DNA from: Thermodesulfobacteriota bacterium
Lineage (GTDB): Bacteria; Desulfobacterota; Desulfobulbia; Desulfobulbales; SURF-16
Direction of reading: 5' to 3'
NCBI GenBank assembly: GCA_034723545.1
Contig: JAYEPA010000110.1
Span: 1,242 to 65,241, forward strand
Length of the DNA: 64,000 nt
Shown here: positions 26,370 through 36,115 of the stretch, one piece after another
How the letters are laid out: each line of letters begins with the position of its first letter
Position numbering within the stretch: position 1 is the stretch's first letter
Position numbers and translations under genes: made by a program
Notes under the pieces: model-generated
Seen by the model: the letters and a program-made list of their open reading frames with translations, nothing else
The model's database searches: none
Told to the model about the DNA's origin: nothing

Positions 26370-27779
26370 ATGAAACTAAAACGCTGCATCAGCCTGACAA
26401 TTCTCTTTTTCTTTCTCTTTTCAGAGTTCACCTTTTTGAGTGGCAATGGATTTGTGCGGGCCTTCTCAGTGGGGGAGGAGCGTGAATATGGAGAAAAATT
26501 GCTCACGGTCATCCGTCTGCAATTCAGGTTGCTTGATGATCCGGATGTTTCTCAGTATATCAATGGTATAGGCGATGAAGTCCTTTCTGTGACCGGTTCT
26601 CAGTACTTTCATTACCATTTTTACATGATCGCTGATAAGGCTTTTAATGCCTTTGCCGCTCCTTCCGGTCTTGTGTTTATTCACTCCGGTCTGCTGAAGA
26701 AAATGGATAATGAAGGGGAGCTCTTCAGTGTTGTCGCCCATGAGTGCGGGCATGTCTCGTGTCGCCATATTGCCGATCGTATCGGTAAGTCCTCTAAAAT
26801 CAATACCAGCACCGTGGCCCTCATGCTTGCCGGTGTACTTATGGGCGGCGGCGCTCTTTCCCAGGCCCTGATCACAGGCGGCATGGCAACAGGAACCTCT
26901 ATGAGCCTGACATTCAGTCGTCAGGATGAGGAGGAGGCGGATCGTGTAGGGTATAAATCCATGGTTGCAAATAAACGCAACCCCGAAGATATGGTGTCCA
27001 TGCTCAAAAAAATGTACCGGATTAGCAAAATCAGCATGGGCAGACCGCCCCCTTACCTTTTGACTCACCCTGAACCCCAGGTCAGAATGGGATATGTTGA
27101 AGATTTGATTATCCAGGATCCCGGCGCTGAATACAGGATGACCGATCAATTCAATTTTAACCGTATTCAGAATAGAGTTTACAGCTTGACGGAAAATCCT
27201 ATGAAGCTTTTTCCCCGCTATCGGAAAATTCTCCGCACAAGCGAGAATGTAACTGAAAAGATCATGGCCTACTATGGTCTGTCTCAGGCTTATTTGATGA
27301 ATAACGAGTTTGACAGGGCCAGAGAAAATTTACTGAAAGTGATTCAATTTTTTCCGGATAAACCGATTTTGCTGACGGATCTTGGCGTCATAGATTTTCA
27401 ACAGGGAAATTTCGATCATGCCCTGTCTCATTTTCAGGAGGTGCGTAATCAAGAACCGGGAAACTGGTATAATACCTTTCATCTGGCAAAAACTCTGCAG
27501 AAAACCGGTAATCCCGAAAGAGCGCTTGTGCTCTACGATCAACTGTCGAGCGTGATTCCGGATTATCCCGGCCTCTATTATCAGACCGCCGAGATTTTCT
27601 CCGGTTACGGCGATAAGGGCGATGCCCATTTTTATCTGGGAAAGTATTATTTTTGTGATGGGAATTTTAATACTGCAATCTTTCATTTACGTAAGGCCAG
27701 AGAATTACTCCCTGCTATCAGTAAGTTACAGAAAGAAATTGATGAAATACTCACTAAAATTAATGATGTGAAAGGATAG
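26370..27779 (+). CDS. M48-family zinc metalloprotease with C-terminal TPR repeats (BepA-like)
   Basis: Signal peptide, HECGH (HExxH), downstream EEEADRVG, TPR-like C-terminus. Confidence 0.85.
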   Translation: MKLKRCISLTILFFFLFSEFTFLSGNGFVRAFSVGEEREYGEKLLTVIRLQFRLLDDPDVSQYINGIGDEVLSVTGSQYFHYHFYMIADKAFNAFAAPSGLVFIHSGLLKKMDNEGELFSVVAHECGHVSCRHIADRIGKSSKINTSTVALMLAGVLMGGGALSQALITGGMATGTSMSLTFSRQDEEEADRVGYKSMVANKRNPEDMVSMLKKMYRISKISMGRPPPYLLTHPEPQVRMGYVEDLIIQDPGAEYRMTDQFNFNRIQNRVYSLTENPMKLFPRYRKILRTSENVTEKIMAYYGLSQAYLMNNEFDRARENLLKVIQFFPDKPILLTDLGVIDFQQGNFDHALSHFQEVRNQEPGNWYNTFHLAKTLQKTGNPERALVLYDQLSSVIPDYPGLYYQTAEIFSGYGDKGDAHFYLGKYYFCDGNFNTAIFHLRKARELLPAISKLQKEIDEILTKINDVKG

Positions 27780-27783
27780 CCAG

Positions 27784-27880
27784 CTGCGCTGAAGGCTTAT
27801 GGGATAAGGCATAAGGTGTATGGCTTAGGGGAAAAAGGCCCCTTTTCCCTTCAGCCTTATACCTTAAGCCTTCACTGCAG
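27784..27880. repeat. Hairpin repeat built from AAGGCTTA-type words
   Basis: CTGCGCTGAAGGCTTATGGGATAAGGCATAAGG...GGGGAAAAAGGCCCCTTTTCCC...CAGCCTTATACCTTAAGCCTTCACTGCAG is an imperfect palindrome immediately after the protease stop. Confidence 0.55.
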
Positions 27881-27930
27881 GTCGCTTAAATCTTCCCATT
27901 AAATATGCTGTCTTCTGAATTCTGTTTCCC

Positions 27931-29946
27931 ATGTCCACCTTAAAACCACATCAGCCCCTTCTTAAATTTGGAATCGACACGGGCGGCACCTTTACCGATT
28001 TTTTCCTTCAGACCATTGAGGCCATTCAAACCTTCAAAATTTCCTCAACCCCGGATGATCCAGGTCGGGCCATTCTCAAAGGATTAAGCCATTTTTTTGC
28101 TGAACTTCCTCCTGAACTAGAGATCATTCACGGTACCACGGTGGGAACAAACAGCTTCCTGGAAAGAAAGGGGGCGAAAACCCTGCTCGTCACCACCCAT
28201 GGCTTTGAGGATATCCTCACCATCGGCCGGCAGAATCGTCCGAGTCTTTATGATCTGAACGTGGAACGTCCAGTAAAGATCATTCCTCGGGAAAATATTG
28301 TCGGGGTCAAAGAAAGGGTACTGTGGGACGGTACTGTTCAGACTCCCCTGGGCACAAGCGTCGGCAAAAGGCTGAGACGCATCTGCCGCTCTCTTGAGGT
28401 TGAGTCTGTTGCCGTCTGTTTCCTCCATTCCTATGCCAATCCGGATCATGAAAAGCGGATCAGGGACGAGCTTGCCCCATTGGGATTGCCCCTAACCCTG
28501 TCTTCTGAATTGTTGCCGGAATTCCGTGAATATGAACGATTGGTAACGACACTGATCAACGCTTATCTTGCGCCGGTGATCTCCTCCTACATTCATCGTT
28601 TAAACGATAATCTGACAACGGCCTCTCTTTCCGTGCAACAGTCAAACGGGTCTGTGCTGCCGGCTCGTTCCATTGAAAAAAGAGCCGTACATACGGTACT
28701 GTCCGGCCCGGCCGGTGGCGTTCAAGGTGCTTTTTACCTGGCCCGGGAAATGGCCATGGATAAAATCATCACCTTTGACATGGGGGGCACCTCCACGGAT
28801 GTGTCCCTCTGCGACGGCAGGCCGACCCTGACCCGTGAGCATCAAATAGACGGCTACCCGGTGGGGATTCAGGTTATGGACATTCATACCGTGGGCGCCG
28901 GCGGCGGTTCAGTCGCCAGGATTGATCAAGGCGGCCTGCTCCATGTCGGTCCTGATAGCGCGGGCGCTGATCCCGGACCGGTCTGTTACGGCAAGGGAAC
29001 GAATATTACGGTAACTGATGCCAATCTTTTCCTGGGCCGTCTGCTGCCCGACCGTTTCCTTGGAGGACGGATGGTCCTGGACTGTGAAGCCGTGGAGCGC
29101 TGCATGGCAGAACTGGCCGATCGCCTCGACATGAAAAAGACCCAGGCCGCTCTTGGGATCATCAGGATCGTCAATGTGGGCATGGCCAGGGCGATTCGGG
29201 CGGTCTCGGTGGAGCGGGGATATGATCCCAAGGATTTCACCCTGTTTTCCTTTGGCGGCGCATCCGGTCTGCACTGCTGTGCCCTGGCCGAGGAACTTGA
29301 AATTGACACAATTGTCGTACCGGCCAGGGCCGGTATCCTTTCCGCCCAGGGTATGGCCCAGGCTGATCCGGCTCTTGATTACAGCAAACCCCTTTTCCTG
29401 GCGGGAGACAAACTGCGGAGCAGGAAAATTGACGCAGCCTTTGCAGGTCTTATCAAAAAAGGCAGGGTCGAAATGGAGGATATTTGCGGCAGGGGCGATC
29501 TTGAAATTGAGCGTTTTCTTGATCTGCGCTATCAGGGACAGTCCTTTGAGCTCACCATTTCCTATGACAAGGATTTTAGAAAAAAATTCCATCAGCTTCA
29601 TAATCTCCATTTTGGCTACGACATGGAAGATGCTCCTCTTGAGCTTGTCTCAATTCGCTGCACCCTGCGGCTTAAAAGAGAAAAACAGCCTCTTCCCAGA
29701 CAGTTGCGGCAGGTTTCTTCCCCTCCGGAGATAGCGGGACAACGTACTGTTTTTTTTGGAGAGGGCAGGGCGCAGGTCAATCTTTACCTGAGAAAACGTT
29801 TGTCCTTCGGCCATTCCTTTTTCGGCCCCGCCCTGATTATTGATGACTATACTACAATCCTGGTTACACAAGATTTTCAGGTCCGAGTCGATTCTCTTGC
29901 CAATTTGATTATGGAAAGAAGATCAGCATCCAGCCGGCTGAGTTGA
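27931..29946 (+). CDS. Hydantoinase/oxoprolinase family protein (HyuA-type)
   Basis: KFGIDTGGTFTDF, VLSGPAGG, ITFDMGGTSTDV. 671 aa. No HyuB-type partner in the window. Confidence 0.85.
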   Translation: MSTLKPHQPLLKFGIDTGGTFTDFFLQTIEAIQTFKISSTPDDPGRAILKGLSHFFAELPPELEIIHGTTVGTNSFLERKGAKTLLVTTHGFEDILTIGRQNRPSLYDLNVERPVKIIPRENIVGVKERVLWDGTVQTPLGTSVGKRLRRICRSLEVESVAVCFLHSYANPDHEKRIRDELAPLGLPLTLSSELLPEFREYERLVTTLINAYLAPVISSYIHRLNDNLTTASLSVQQSNGSVLPARSIEKRAVHTVLSGPAGGVQGAFYLAREMAMDKIITFDMGGTSTDVSLCDGRPTLTREHQIDGYPVGIQVMDIHTVGAGGGSVARIDQGGLLHVGPDSAGADPGPVCYGKGTNITVTDANLFLGRLLPDRFLGGRMVLDCEAVERCMAELADRLDMKKTQAALGIIRIVNVGMARAIRAVSVERGYDPKDFTLFSFGGASGLHCCALAEELEIDTIVVPARAGILSAQGMAQADPALDYSKPLFLAGDKLRSRKIDAAFAGLIKKGRVEMEDICGRGDLEIERFLDLRYQGQSFELTISYDKDFRKKFHQLHNLHFGYDMEDAPLELVSIRCTLRLKREKQPLPRQLRQVSSPPEIAGQRTVFFGEGRAQVNLYLRKRLSFGHSFFGPALIIDDYTTILVTQDFQVRVDSLANLIMERRSASSRLS

Positions 29947-29989
29947 AGAGAAAAGGGCTATGTTCCATGGCGTTCCCGGCCAGTCGCCG

Positions 29990-30017
29990 TTGACTTTTCC
30001 TTGATTTGCGTTATTGT
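29990..30017 (+). promoter_or_regulatory. Possible sigma-70-type promoter (TTGACT-16 nt-TATTGT) upstream of livH
   Basis: Sequence match only, about 100 nt upstream of the livH start. Confidence 0.3.
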
Positions 30018-30119
30018 GCACGGGTCAAATTTATGGAATAATTGAACATTCATAAGCCCTTTTGTATCATCTTTGCCTTTACGGCAAATTAGCTGGTTTT
30101 CATATTCAAGGCGAAATCT

Positions 30120-30986
30120 TTGACCCCTTATCAGGATTTACTGCAATTTATCTTTGCCGGGCTGACCAGCGGAGCTATCTATTCCCTTATCGCCCTTGGG
30201 TTCTGCGTGGTGCACAATACCATGGGCATTGTCAACTTTGTCCAGGTGGATTTTGTCACCCTGGGCGGCATGCTCCTGTTCAGCGGTCTTTTTTCTTTTG
30301 GCCTGCCCATGCCTCTTGCCTTGGCAGCGGCCATCATTGGCGTCACCCTCATTGCCATGCTGGTGGAGTGGATCGGCATCCGGCCTTCACGTTCCGACAA
30401 TCATCTGGTTCTTATTTTTTTGACCATTGGTATTTCCATCATCCTGCGGGGTTTGATGAAACTGATCTGGGGAAAAAACCGGATGGCGGTTCCGCCCCTG
30501 TCCGGCGAGGAGCCGATCCGGATTCTGGGGGCCACCATCATGCCCCAGGCCATCTGGATTTTGGTTCTTACAGCTCTTGCCATCGGCGGCCTTGTTTTGA
30601 TTTTCCGCCATTCTTCCATTGGTCTGGCCATGCGCGGCGTAGCGGCCAACCAGGAGGCAGCCGCTATTGTCGGTCTGCATACCGGCAGGGTCAAAGCCGT
30701 GAGTTTTGGCCTGGCCGGGGCTCTGGGCGGCTTGGCCGGGGTGCTGGTCACCCCCATCACGACCCTGAATTATGATGTGGGTGTGCTCCTTGGCCTTAAA
30801 GGTTTTGCCGGCGCCATTCTTGGCGGTTTTGGCTCATTTCCCGGCGCCATCCTCGGTGGTGTAAGTCTTGGCTTGATGGAATCCCTGACTGCCGGTTATC
30901 TGAGCAGCGCTTATAAGGATGTGGTTGCCTTTGTGGTTTTATTACTGATTCTTTTTGTCCGGCCCAAAGGGTTGTTGGGGAGATAG
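30120..30986 (+). CDS. livH: Branched-chain-amino-acid-type ABC transporter permease (LivH family)
   Basis: LLQFIFAGLTSGAIYSLIALGFCVVHNTMGIVNFVQVD is a typical LivH N-terminus. Polytopic, 288 aa, TTG start. Confidence 0.85.
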   Translation: MTPYQDLLQFIFAGLTSGAIYSLIALGFCVVHNTMGIVNFVQVDFVTLGGMLLFSGLFSFGLPMPLALAAAIIGVTLIAMLVEWIGIRPSRSDNHLVLIFLTIGISIILRGLMKLIWGKNRMAVPPLSGEEPIRILGATIMPQAIWILVLTALAIGGLVLIFRHSSIGLAMRGVAANQEAAAIVGLHTGRVKAVSFGLAGALGGLAGVLVTPITTLNYDVGVLLGLKGFAGAILGGFGSFPGAILGGVSLGLMESLTAGYLSSAYKDVVAFVVLLLILFVRPKGLLGR

Positions 30987-31098
30987 AAAGGGAAGGGGCA
31001 GAGGTGCAACAGACCTCGTAAGCTTTTTTGTTATTGATTAAAACCCCTTTACCGTCAAGGAATTTGAACAAAATTGGACAGTTGGTCTGGGTTAAAAG

Positions 31099-31171
31099 GT
31101 TCAGGGTTCAGGGTTGCTGATTCCCTCTAAACCTTGAACCTCTGAACCTTAAACCTTAAACGAGACTAAAT
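31099..31171. repeat. Hairpin repeat built from GGTTCAG words
   Basis: GGGTTAAAAGGTTCAGGGTTCAGGGTT ... AACCTTGAACCTCTGAACCTTAAACCTTAAAC, directly upstream of the iorA ATG. Confidence 0.5.
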
Positions 31172-33022
31172 ATGGCAGATAAAAAACAGAAACTACTCAT
31201 GGGAAACGAGGCCATGGGCCGCGGCCTGGTCGAGGCCGGCTGCACCATGGTCTCAGCCTATCCCGGCACCCCATCCTCAGAAATTCTCGGCAGCGTGGTC
31301 GCCAATATGGGGGATGCGGTTGAGCCGCTTCATGTTGAATGGTCGGTGAATGAGAAGGTTGCCTTTGAGGTGGCGCTGGCCAACAGCTACACAGGCAAAC
31401 GCTCGGCCGTGATCATGAAACAGGTGGGACTTAATGTGGCGGCTGATCCCTTTACCCGCTCCACCTATCTCGGCGTCAAGGGTGGCTTTGTGTTGATTGT
31501 CGCCGATGATCCCGGCCCGCACAGCTCACAGACCGAGCAGGACACCCGTCTTTTCGCCCTCTTTGCCAAGGCCCCGGTCTTTGACCCCAGTAGTCCGGCA
31601 GAGGCCAGGGAGATGATCACGGCTGCCTTTGAACTCTCCGAACAATACGAGATCCCGGTTATCCTGCGGCCCACCACCAGAATCTGTCATTCCCGCCAGA
31701 ACATCACCATGGGAAAACCGCTTCATCTGCAACGGCAGGCAGCTTTTGAGAAAAACCCCGGCCGCTGGGTGGCCACGCCTGCCTTTCTCACCGGCCTGCA
31801 CGGTGAATTAAATGAAAAACTTGGCGCCATCAGCGCGGAAGAAAGCCTCAAACCCTTTCCGGTCGTTAATGTCGATCCGGAGAAAGAGGGCAGGGCGCCC
31901 TGCATTATTGCCTCGGGCATGGCTTTTGCCAATGTATTTGATCTGCTCGATGAGCTGAATATGTTGAATCAGGTTCAGCTCTATCAGGTCAAGATGCCTT
32001 TTCCTCTCAACAGTGAATTCTGTCGGAAGATCAGGGAGATGGATGAAAAGGTTCTGGTTCTGGAAGAAACCGACACAGTAATTGAAATGCAACTGGGACT
32101 GGACGGAGCACAAGGTCGGCTTTCCGGTCACGTGCCGGGACAGGGTGAGTTGACGCCTGATGTAATCATGGCCCTTCTGCTCGATTTTCTTGATCTGCCC
32201 AAACCGGAGGCCGTGGAAAGCGGCCCGCCTGCACGGGGCCGAAGGCCTTCATTATGTCCGGGCTGTCCGCATCGCGCCTCATTTTTCGCCATCAAAAGAA
32301 CCTTTCCCAAAGGCATTTTTCCCAGCGATATCGGCTGCTATACACTGGGCATGAACCTGGGAGCCGTGGACACTTGTCACTGCATGGGGGCCTGTATCAG
32401 CATGGGGGCCGGTTTTTATCATGCCTATGCCCAGGACGGACCTGATTATCCCACCATTGTCGTTACCATCGGCGATTCCACTTTTTTCCATGCCGGTATC
32501 CCGGCCCTGGTTAATGCCGTAACCCAGAAAGCGCGGATCATCGTTACTATCCTGGACAACTCCACTACGGCCATGACCGGTCAGCAGCCCACTCCCCAGA
32601 GTGGTGTTCTGGCTGACGGCAGCCCCGGCAATCAGGCCTTTATACCTGATCTGGTCAAGGCCAGCGGTGTCCGTTTTTTGCGGGAATGTGATCCTTACGA
32701 TATCAATGGTTTTTCCGCCCTGCTTAAGGAAGCGGATCAATTCTGCCGCGGCGACCAGGGCGGCGTGGCCGTGCTCATTGCCAAACATCCCTGCCTGATG
32801 GATAAGAGCAATCAACTCAAGCAGGACGTGATTGAGATGGAGATCAGCGATGACTGCATTGGCTGCGGCATCTGCGTCAATCAATTTGAATGTCCGGCTA
32901 TCAGTTTGGATGAGGAGGAAGAACAGGCCGCAATCGATCCTGATATTTGCGTGGGCTGCGGCATCTGCGATCAGGTTTGTCCAACGGGTTCCATTGTCCG
33001 CAAGGGAGAAAATCAATCATGA
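31172..33022 (+). CDS. iorA: Indolepyruvate:ferredoxin oxidoreductase subunit alpha
   Basis: SAYPGTPSSEI N-terminus, TPP-binding region, C-terminal 2x[4Fe-4S] motifs CIGCGICVNQFECP and CVGCGICDQVCP. Confidence 0.9.
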   Translation: MADKKQKLLMGNEAMGRGLVEAGCTMVSAYPGTPSSEILGSVVANMGDAVEPLHVEWSVNEKVAFEVALANSYTGKRSAVIMKQVGLNVAADPFTRSTYLGVKGGFVLIVADDPGPHSSQTEQDTRLFALFAKAPVFDPSSPAEAREMITAAFELSEQYEIPVILRPTTRICHSRQNITMGKPLHLQRQAAFEKNPGRWVATPAFLTGLHGELNEKLGAISAEESLKPFPVVNVDPEKEGRAPCIIASGMAFANVFDLLDELNMLNQVQLYQVKMPFPLNSEFCRKIREMDEKVLVLEETDTVIEMQLGLDGAQGRLSGHVPGQGELTPDVIMALLLDFLDLPKPEAVESGPPARGRRPSLCPGCPHRASFFAIKRTFPKGIFPSDIGCYTLGMNLGAVDTCHCMGACISMGAGFYHAYAQDGPDYPTIVVTIGDSTFFHAGIPALVNAVTQKARIIVTILDNSTTAMTGQQPTPQSGVLADGSPGNQAFIPDLVKASGVRFLRECDPYDINGFSALLKEADQFCRGDQGGVAVLIAKHPCLMDKSNQLKQDVIEMEISDDCIGCGICVNQFECPAISLDEEEEQAAIDPDICVGCGICDQVCPTGSIVRKGENQS

Positions 33023-33519
33023 AACAGCAAATTATTGTAAGCGGCATAGGCGGGCAGGGGATTCTGTTTTTGACTCGGATCATCGCCGGCGCCGGCGTGA
33101 GCATGGGGCTTGAAATTTTGACATCCGAAACCCATGGTATGGCGCAACGCGGCGGCAGTGTTATTTCTTTTGTCAAGGCCGGCTCCTTTCGCAGTCCCTT
33201 GATTCGCCAGGGCCAGGGGGATATCGGCCTCTTTCTCCATGTTGACAATCTTGATGTTCACCAGGGACTGCTGCGGTCCGGGGCGGATCTTTTTGTCAAT
33301 ACCTCAACAACCGGACCCTACAGCAATATTGCCGCCACTGAACTGGCCAGGGAAATGGGCAGTGGTGTGTTGACAAACCTGATCATGCTTGGTTTTGCTG
33401 CGAAACATGACTCTCTGTTCTGCGGGCCGGAACAGCTGGAAATAGCCATCAGGGAGATATCCAGGGAGCGTTTTATCGACTCGAACCTGGCTGCCTTCCG
33501 TCGGGGGCTTGAGGGATAA
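33019..33519 (+). CDS. iorB: Indolepyruvate:ferredoxin oxidoreductase subunit beta
   Basis: MKQQIIVSGIGGQGILFLTRII. ATGA overlap with the iorA stop. The ORF-track start at 32947 lies inside iorA. Confidence 0.85.
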   Translation: MKQQIIVSGIGGQGILFLTRIIAGAGVSMGLEILTSETHGMAQRGGSVISFVKAGSFRSPLIRQGQGDIGLFLHVDNLDVHQGLLRSGADLFVNTSTTGPYSNIAATELAREMGSGVLTNLIMLGFAAKHDSLFCGPEQLEIAIREISRERFIDSNLAAFRRGLEG

Positions 33520-33528
33520 TTGGGATAA

Positions 33529-33596
33529 CCACAGAGCACACAGAGATCACAGAGATTTTTTACTTTTTTTCTCCGTGTGCTCTGTGATCTCTGTGG
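33529..33596. repeat. CACAGAG-type hairpin repeat
   Basis: CCACAGAGCACACAGAGATCACAGAG ... CTCCGTGTGCTCTGTGATCTCTGTGG. Confidence 0.65.
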
Positions 33597-33632
33597 TTAA
33601 AGATGTTTTTTGAAGGGCTTCACTGACAGATC

Positions 33633-34634
33633 ATGACCACCAGGGACAGGCTGACATACTTCATTTATCATCACCGGACCGGACTCTCCGTCTGGGCTCT
33701 GGTTCTGGTGCTTTCGCTGTTTCCCTTTTACTACGACAATCCCTATATTCTGGGAATCACCAACCTGGTAGCCATTAACGTTATAGTTGTTCTCGGCCTG
33801 AATCTTTTTATCGGCTATGCCGGCCAGATTTCCCTGGGCCATGCCGCTTTTTTCGGTCTGGGGGCCTACGGTTCGGCTATTTTTACCGTTTATTATCATA
33901 TCTGGCCCTGGCCGGCCATGGCTCTCTCGGCTTTACTGGTGGCCCTGACTGCTCTTATCATCGGCGTTCCTGTTCTTCGTCTCTCCGGCCATTACCTGGC
34001 CATGGCCACCCTGGGCTTCAATATCGTCATCTATACCGTTCTGGTGCAGTGGGACGAGGTCACCGGCGGGCCCAGCGGTTTTGCAGGAATCCCGCCACTT
34101 TCCATCGGCAATCTTGTTATTGATGATGAGTTCCGTTTCCATTATGTTGTCTGGGGTGTGGCTCTGGTTCTTTGCACCCTCAGCCTCAATCTGGTACGCA
34201 GCGGGGTAGGGCGCGGGCTGGCGGCCCTGGCGGTTGATGAAAGGGTTGCCGGTTCCCTGGGGGTCAACCCCGGCAGGGAAAAGGTGAAAGTCTTTATTCT
34301 ATCGGCGGTCTTTGCCTCCCTGGCAGGTAGTCTCTATGCCCACTGCTTCTGTTTCGTTAATCCCGACACCTTTGGCATTTTCGCTTCGGTGGATTTTGTC
34401 ATCATGGTGGTGGTGGGCGGCATGGGTTCCATCTGGGGAAGCCTTCTGGGTGCCGGTCTCCTCACTGTGCTGCCGGAATTTCTCGATACATTTGAAACCT
34501 TTAAAGATATTATTCATGGCATGATTCTCGTTTTGATCCTGCTGTTTCTGCCCCAGGGCTTTGTCACCGGACTGCTTGATCTCATCCGCACCAACCTGGC
34601 TCTCAGACGGCGGAAGAGTAAATATTCGGCTTAA
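33633..34634 (+). CDS. livM: Branched-chain-amino-acid-type ABC transporter permease (LivM family)
   Basis: Polytopic, 333 aa, GYAGQISLGHAAFFGLGAY signature. The last 5 codons plus the stop (SKYSA*) lie inside the repeat that starts at 34618. Confidence 0.85.
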   Translation: MTTRDRLTYFIYHHRTGLSVWALVLVLSLFPFYYDNPYILGITNLVAINVIVVLGLNLFIGYAGQISLGHAAFFGLGAYGSAIFTVYYHIWPWPAMALSALLVALTALIIGVPVLRLSGHYLAMATLGFNIVIYTVLVQWDEVTGGPSGFAGIPPLSIGNLVIDDEFRFHYVVWGVALVLCTLSLNLVRSGVGRGLAALAVDERVAGSLGVNPGREKVKVFILSAVFASLAGSLYAHCFCFVNPDTFGIFASVDFVIMVVVGGMGSIWGSLLGAGLLTVLPEFLDTFETFKDIIHGMILVLILLFLPQGFVTGLLDLIRTNLALRRRKSKYSA

Positions 34635-35171
34635 TGCAAGATTGTTACTAAAACCACTGAAATATTGTAACTATTCAGCATCCTAACCGAGGGTGAAAAT
34701 ACCGGCGTTTATTATAAAAGTGACAAAAGAATATATCGTCATTCCGGCATGTCCTTAGCCGGAATCCAGAAAGTAGCCATACACACCATCCTGGATCCCG
34801 GCTAAAAACATGCCGGGATGACGTGAGTGGCAATTTCAACTTATCGTGCTGATTCTGCGTTTTTTATACAGGCTACTCAGAATCTTGTTACTTAGAAGCG
34901 TATGTACACATGTTACGAAAAACTCGGTCTGTAACTGTTCAGATGTGCTTCATATTCGTTCATTTGGGCTTTGAAGCATACTGGTGCTATTCGAAAAGAC
35001 CAGGTAAGCGTAGACTCCGAAATGGACGAAGATGGAGTGCAGCTGAATAGTTACGAAATATTAATGTTTGACCAGTGCCCCATATTCGTACAGGCAGGCT
35101 GGCGAACTATAGTATAGTCCTATGTGAGTCAGCCTGATCGTGCGAAGATGGAGTGCTGGCCGAACATTTAC
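34618..35171. mobile_element. Composite MITE: outer GTAAATATTCGGC...GCCGAACATTTAC element carrying a nested insertion
   Basis: The outer sequence is collinear with the 172-bp copy at 62447-62618, except for a 388-bp insert. The flanking 8-mers are GCGGAAGA and GCAGAAAA (6/8 identical). Confidence 0.75.
34667..35054. mobile_element. Nested 388-bp element with perfect 13-bp TIR and an 8-bp TSD
   Basis: GTAACTATTCAGC (34667-34679) and GCTGAATAGTTAC (35042-35054). GAAATATT is present on both sides (34659-34666, 35055-35062). The element contains a further 87-bp palindrome at 34737-34823. Confidence 0.75.
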
Positions 35172-35179
35172 GCAGAAAA

Positions 35180-35944
35180 ATGTTAAAGCTTAATAATATC
35201 AGCAAGAGATTCGGCGGTCTGCCCGCCTTGAGCGAAGTTACATTTGATGTGGCGAAAGGCAAAATCACCGCCCTCATCGGTCCCAATGGCGCCGGCAAGT
35301 CCACCCTGATCAACTGTATCTCAGGCATCATTTCGGCGAATCACGGCAGCATTTTGTTTAAAAAGAAGGAGATCAGTGGTCTGCAGGCCCACGAGATTGC
35401 CAGGCTTGGCGTAGCCCGTACCTTCCAGAACCTGAGGGTTCTGCCCAGATTGTCCGTGCTGGAAAATGTCCTCTGCGGCCTTACCGTCAAAAGTGACCGC
35501 TCTTTTCTCAAGGCCATGCTGCGATTGCCTGCACTACGTCATCAGGAACGCTTTCTGCGCTTAAAGGCACTGGAGAGTTTGGATCTTTTCGGCTTGACGA
35601 AGAAGGCGGACTGGCCCATGGCGGCCTTGCCTTACGGTGACAAAAAAAAGGTGGAGATGGCCAGGGCCTTTGTCGCAAATCCCGGCATTGTTCTGCTTGA
35701 TGAGCCGGTGGCAGGTTTGAACTCCGAGGAGACGGCTCGAATCGGCGCGCTTGTCAAACAAATGCGGACAGCCGGCCACACCATGCTTCTCGTTGAGCAT
35801 GACATGGAGCTTGTCATGGATATTTCCGATCATGTCGTTGTTCTGGACAGCGGCCGCTGCATTGCCCAGGGTACTCCTGAAGAGATTCGCCATAATCCCC
35901 TGGTTCTTGAGGCCTATCTGGGTAAGATCGGCGCGGCGGCGTGA
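35180..35944 (+). CDS. livG: ABC transporter ATP-binding protein (LivG family)
   Basis: IGPNGAGKSTLINCISG, LPYGDKKKVEMARA, VLLDEPVAGL. ATG 35180 is chosen because the GTG at 35153 lies inside the repeat. Confidence 0.9.
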   Translation: MLKLNNISKRFGGLPALSEVTFDVAKGKITALIGPNGAGKSTLINCISGIISANHGSILFKKKEISGLQAHEIARLGVARTFQNLRVLPRLSVLENVLCGLTVKSDRSFLKAMLRLPALRHQERFLRLKALESLDLFGLTKKADWPMAALPYGDKKKVEMARAFVANPGIVLLDEPVAGLNSEETARIGALVKQMRTAGHTMLLVEHDMELVMDISDHVVVLDSGRCIAQGTPEEIRHNPLVLEAYLGKIGAAA

Positions 35945-35998
35945 GGATATCAGAAGTCAAAGGACAGAAATAAGCTTTAGCCAAACTTCAAAATTTAT

Positions 35999-36072
35999 CT
36001 CTCACAGAGGCACAGAGTTCACAGAGAAAAATTCTAATTCTGTGTTCTCTGTGTCTCTGCGCCTCTGTGAGA
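35999..36072. repeat. CACAGAG-type hairpin repeat
   Basis: TCTCACAGAGGCACAGAGTTCACAGAG ... TCTGTGTTCTCTGTGTCTCTGCGCCTCTGTGAGA. Confidence 0.65.
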
Positions 36073-36115
36073 AAATTAGAATCGGGTTCTTACTTTTTAA
36101 CGATTTTATCCGATC

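Noticed and set aside
32279-33016. Long alternative-frame and antisense ORFs inside iorA, livH (30062-30775), paaK (36908-37712), hyuA (28909-29610), cooS (60455-61201) and nifU (51359-51991)
   Set aside because: Each is fully contained in a gene with strong family motifs, and none has a recognisable motif of its own. These are typical shadow ORFs.
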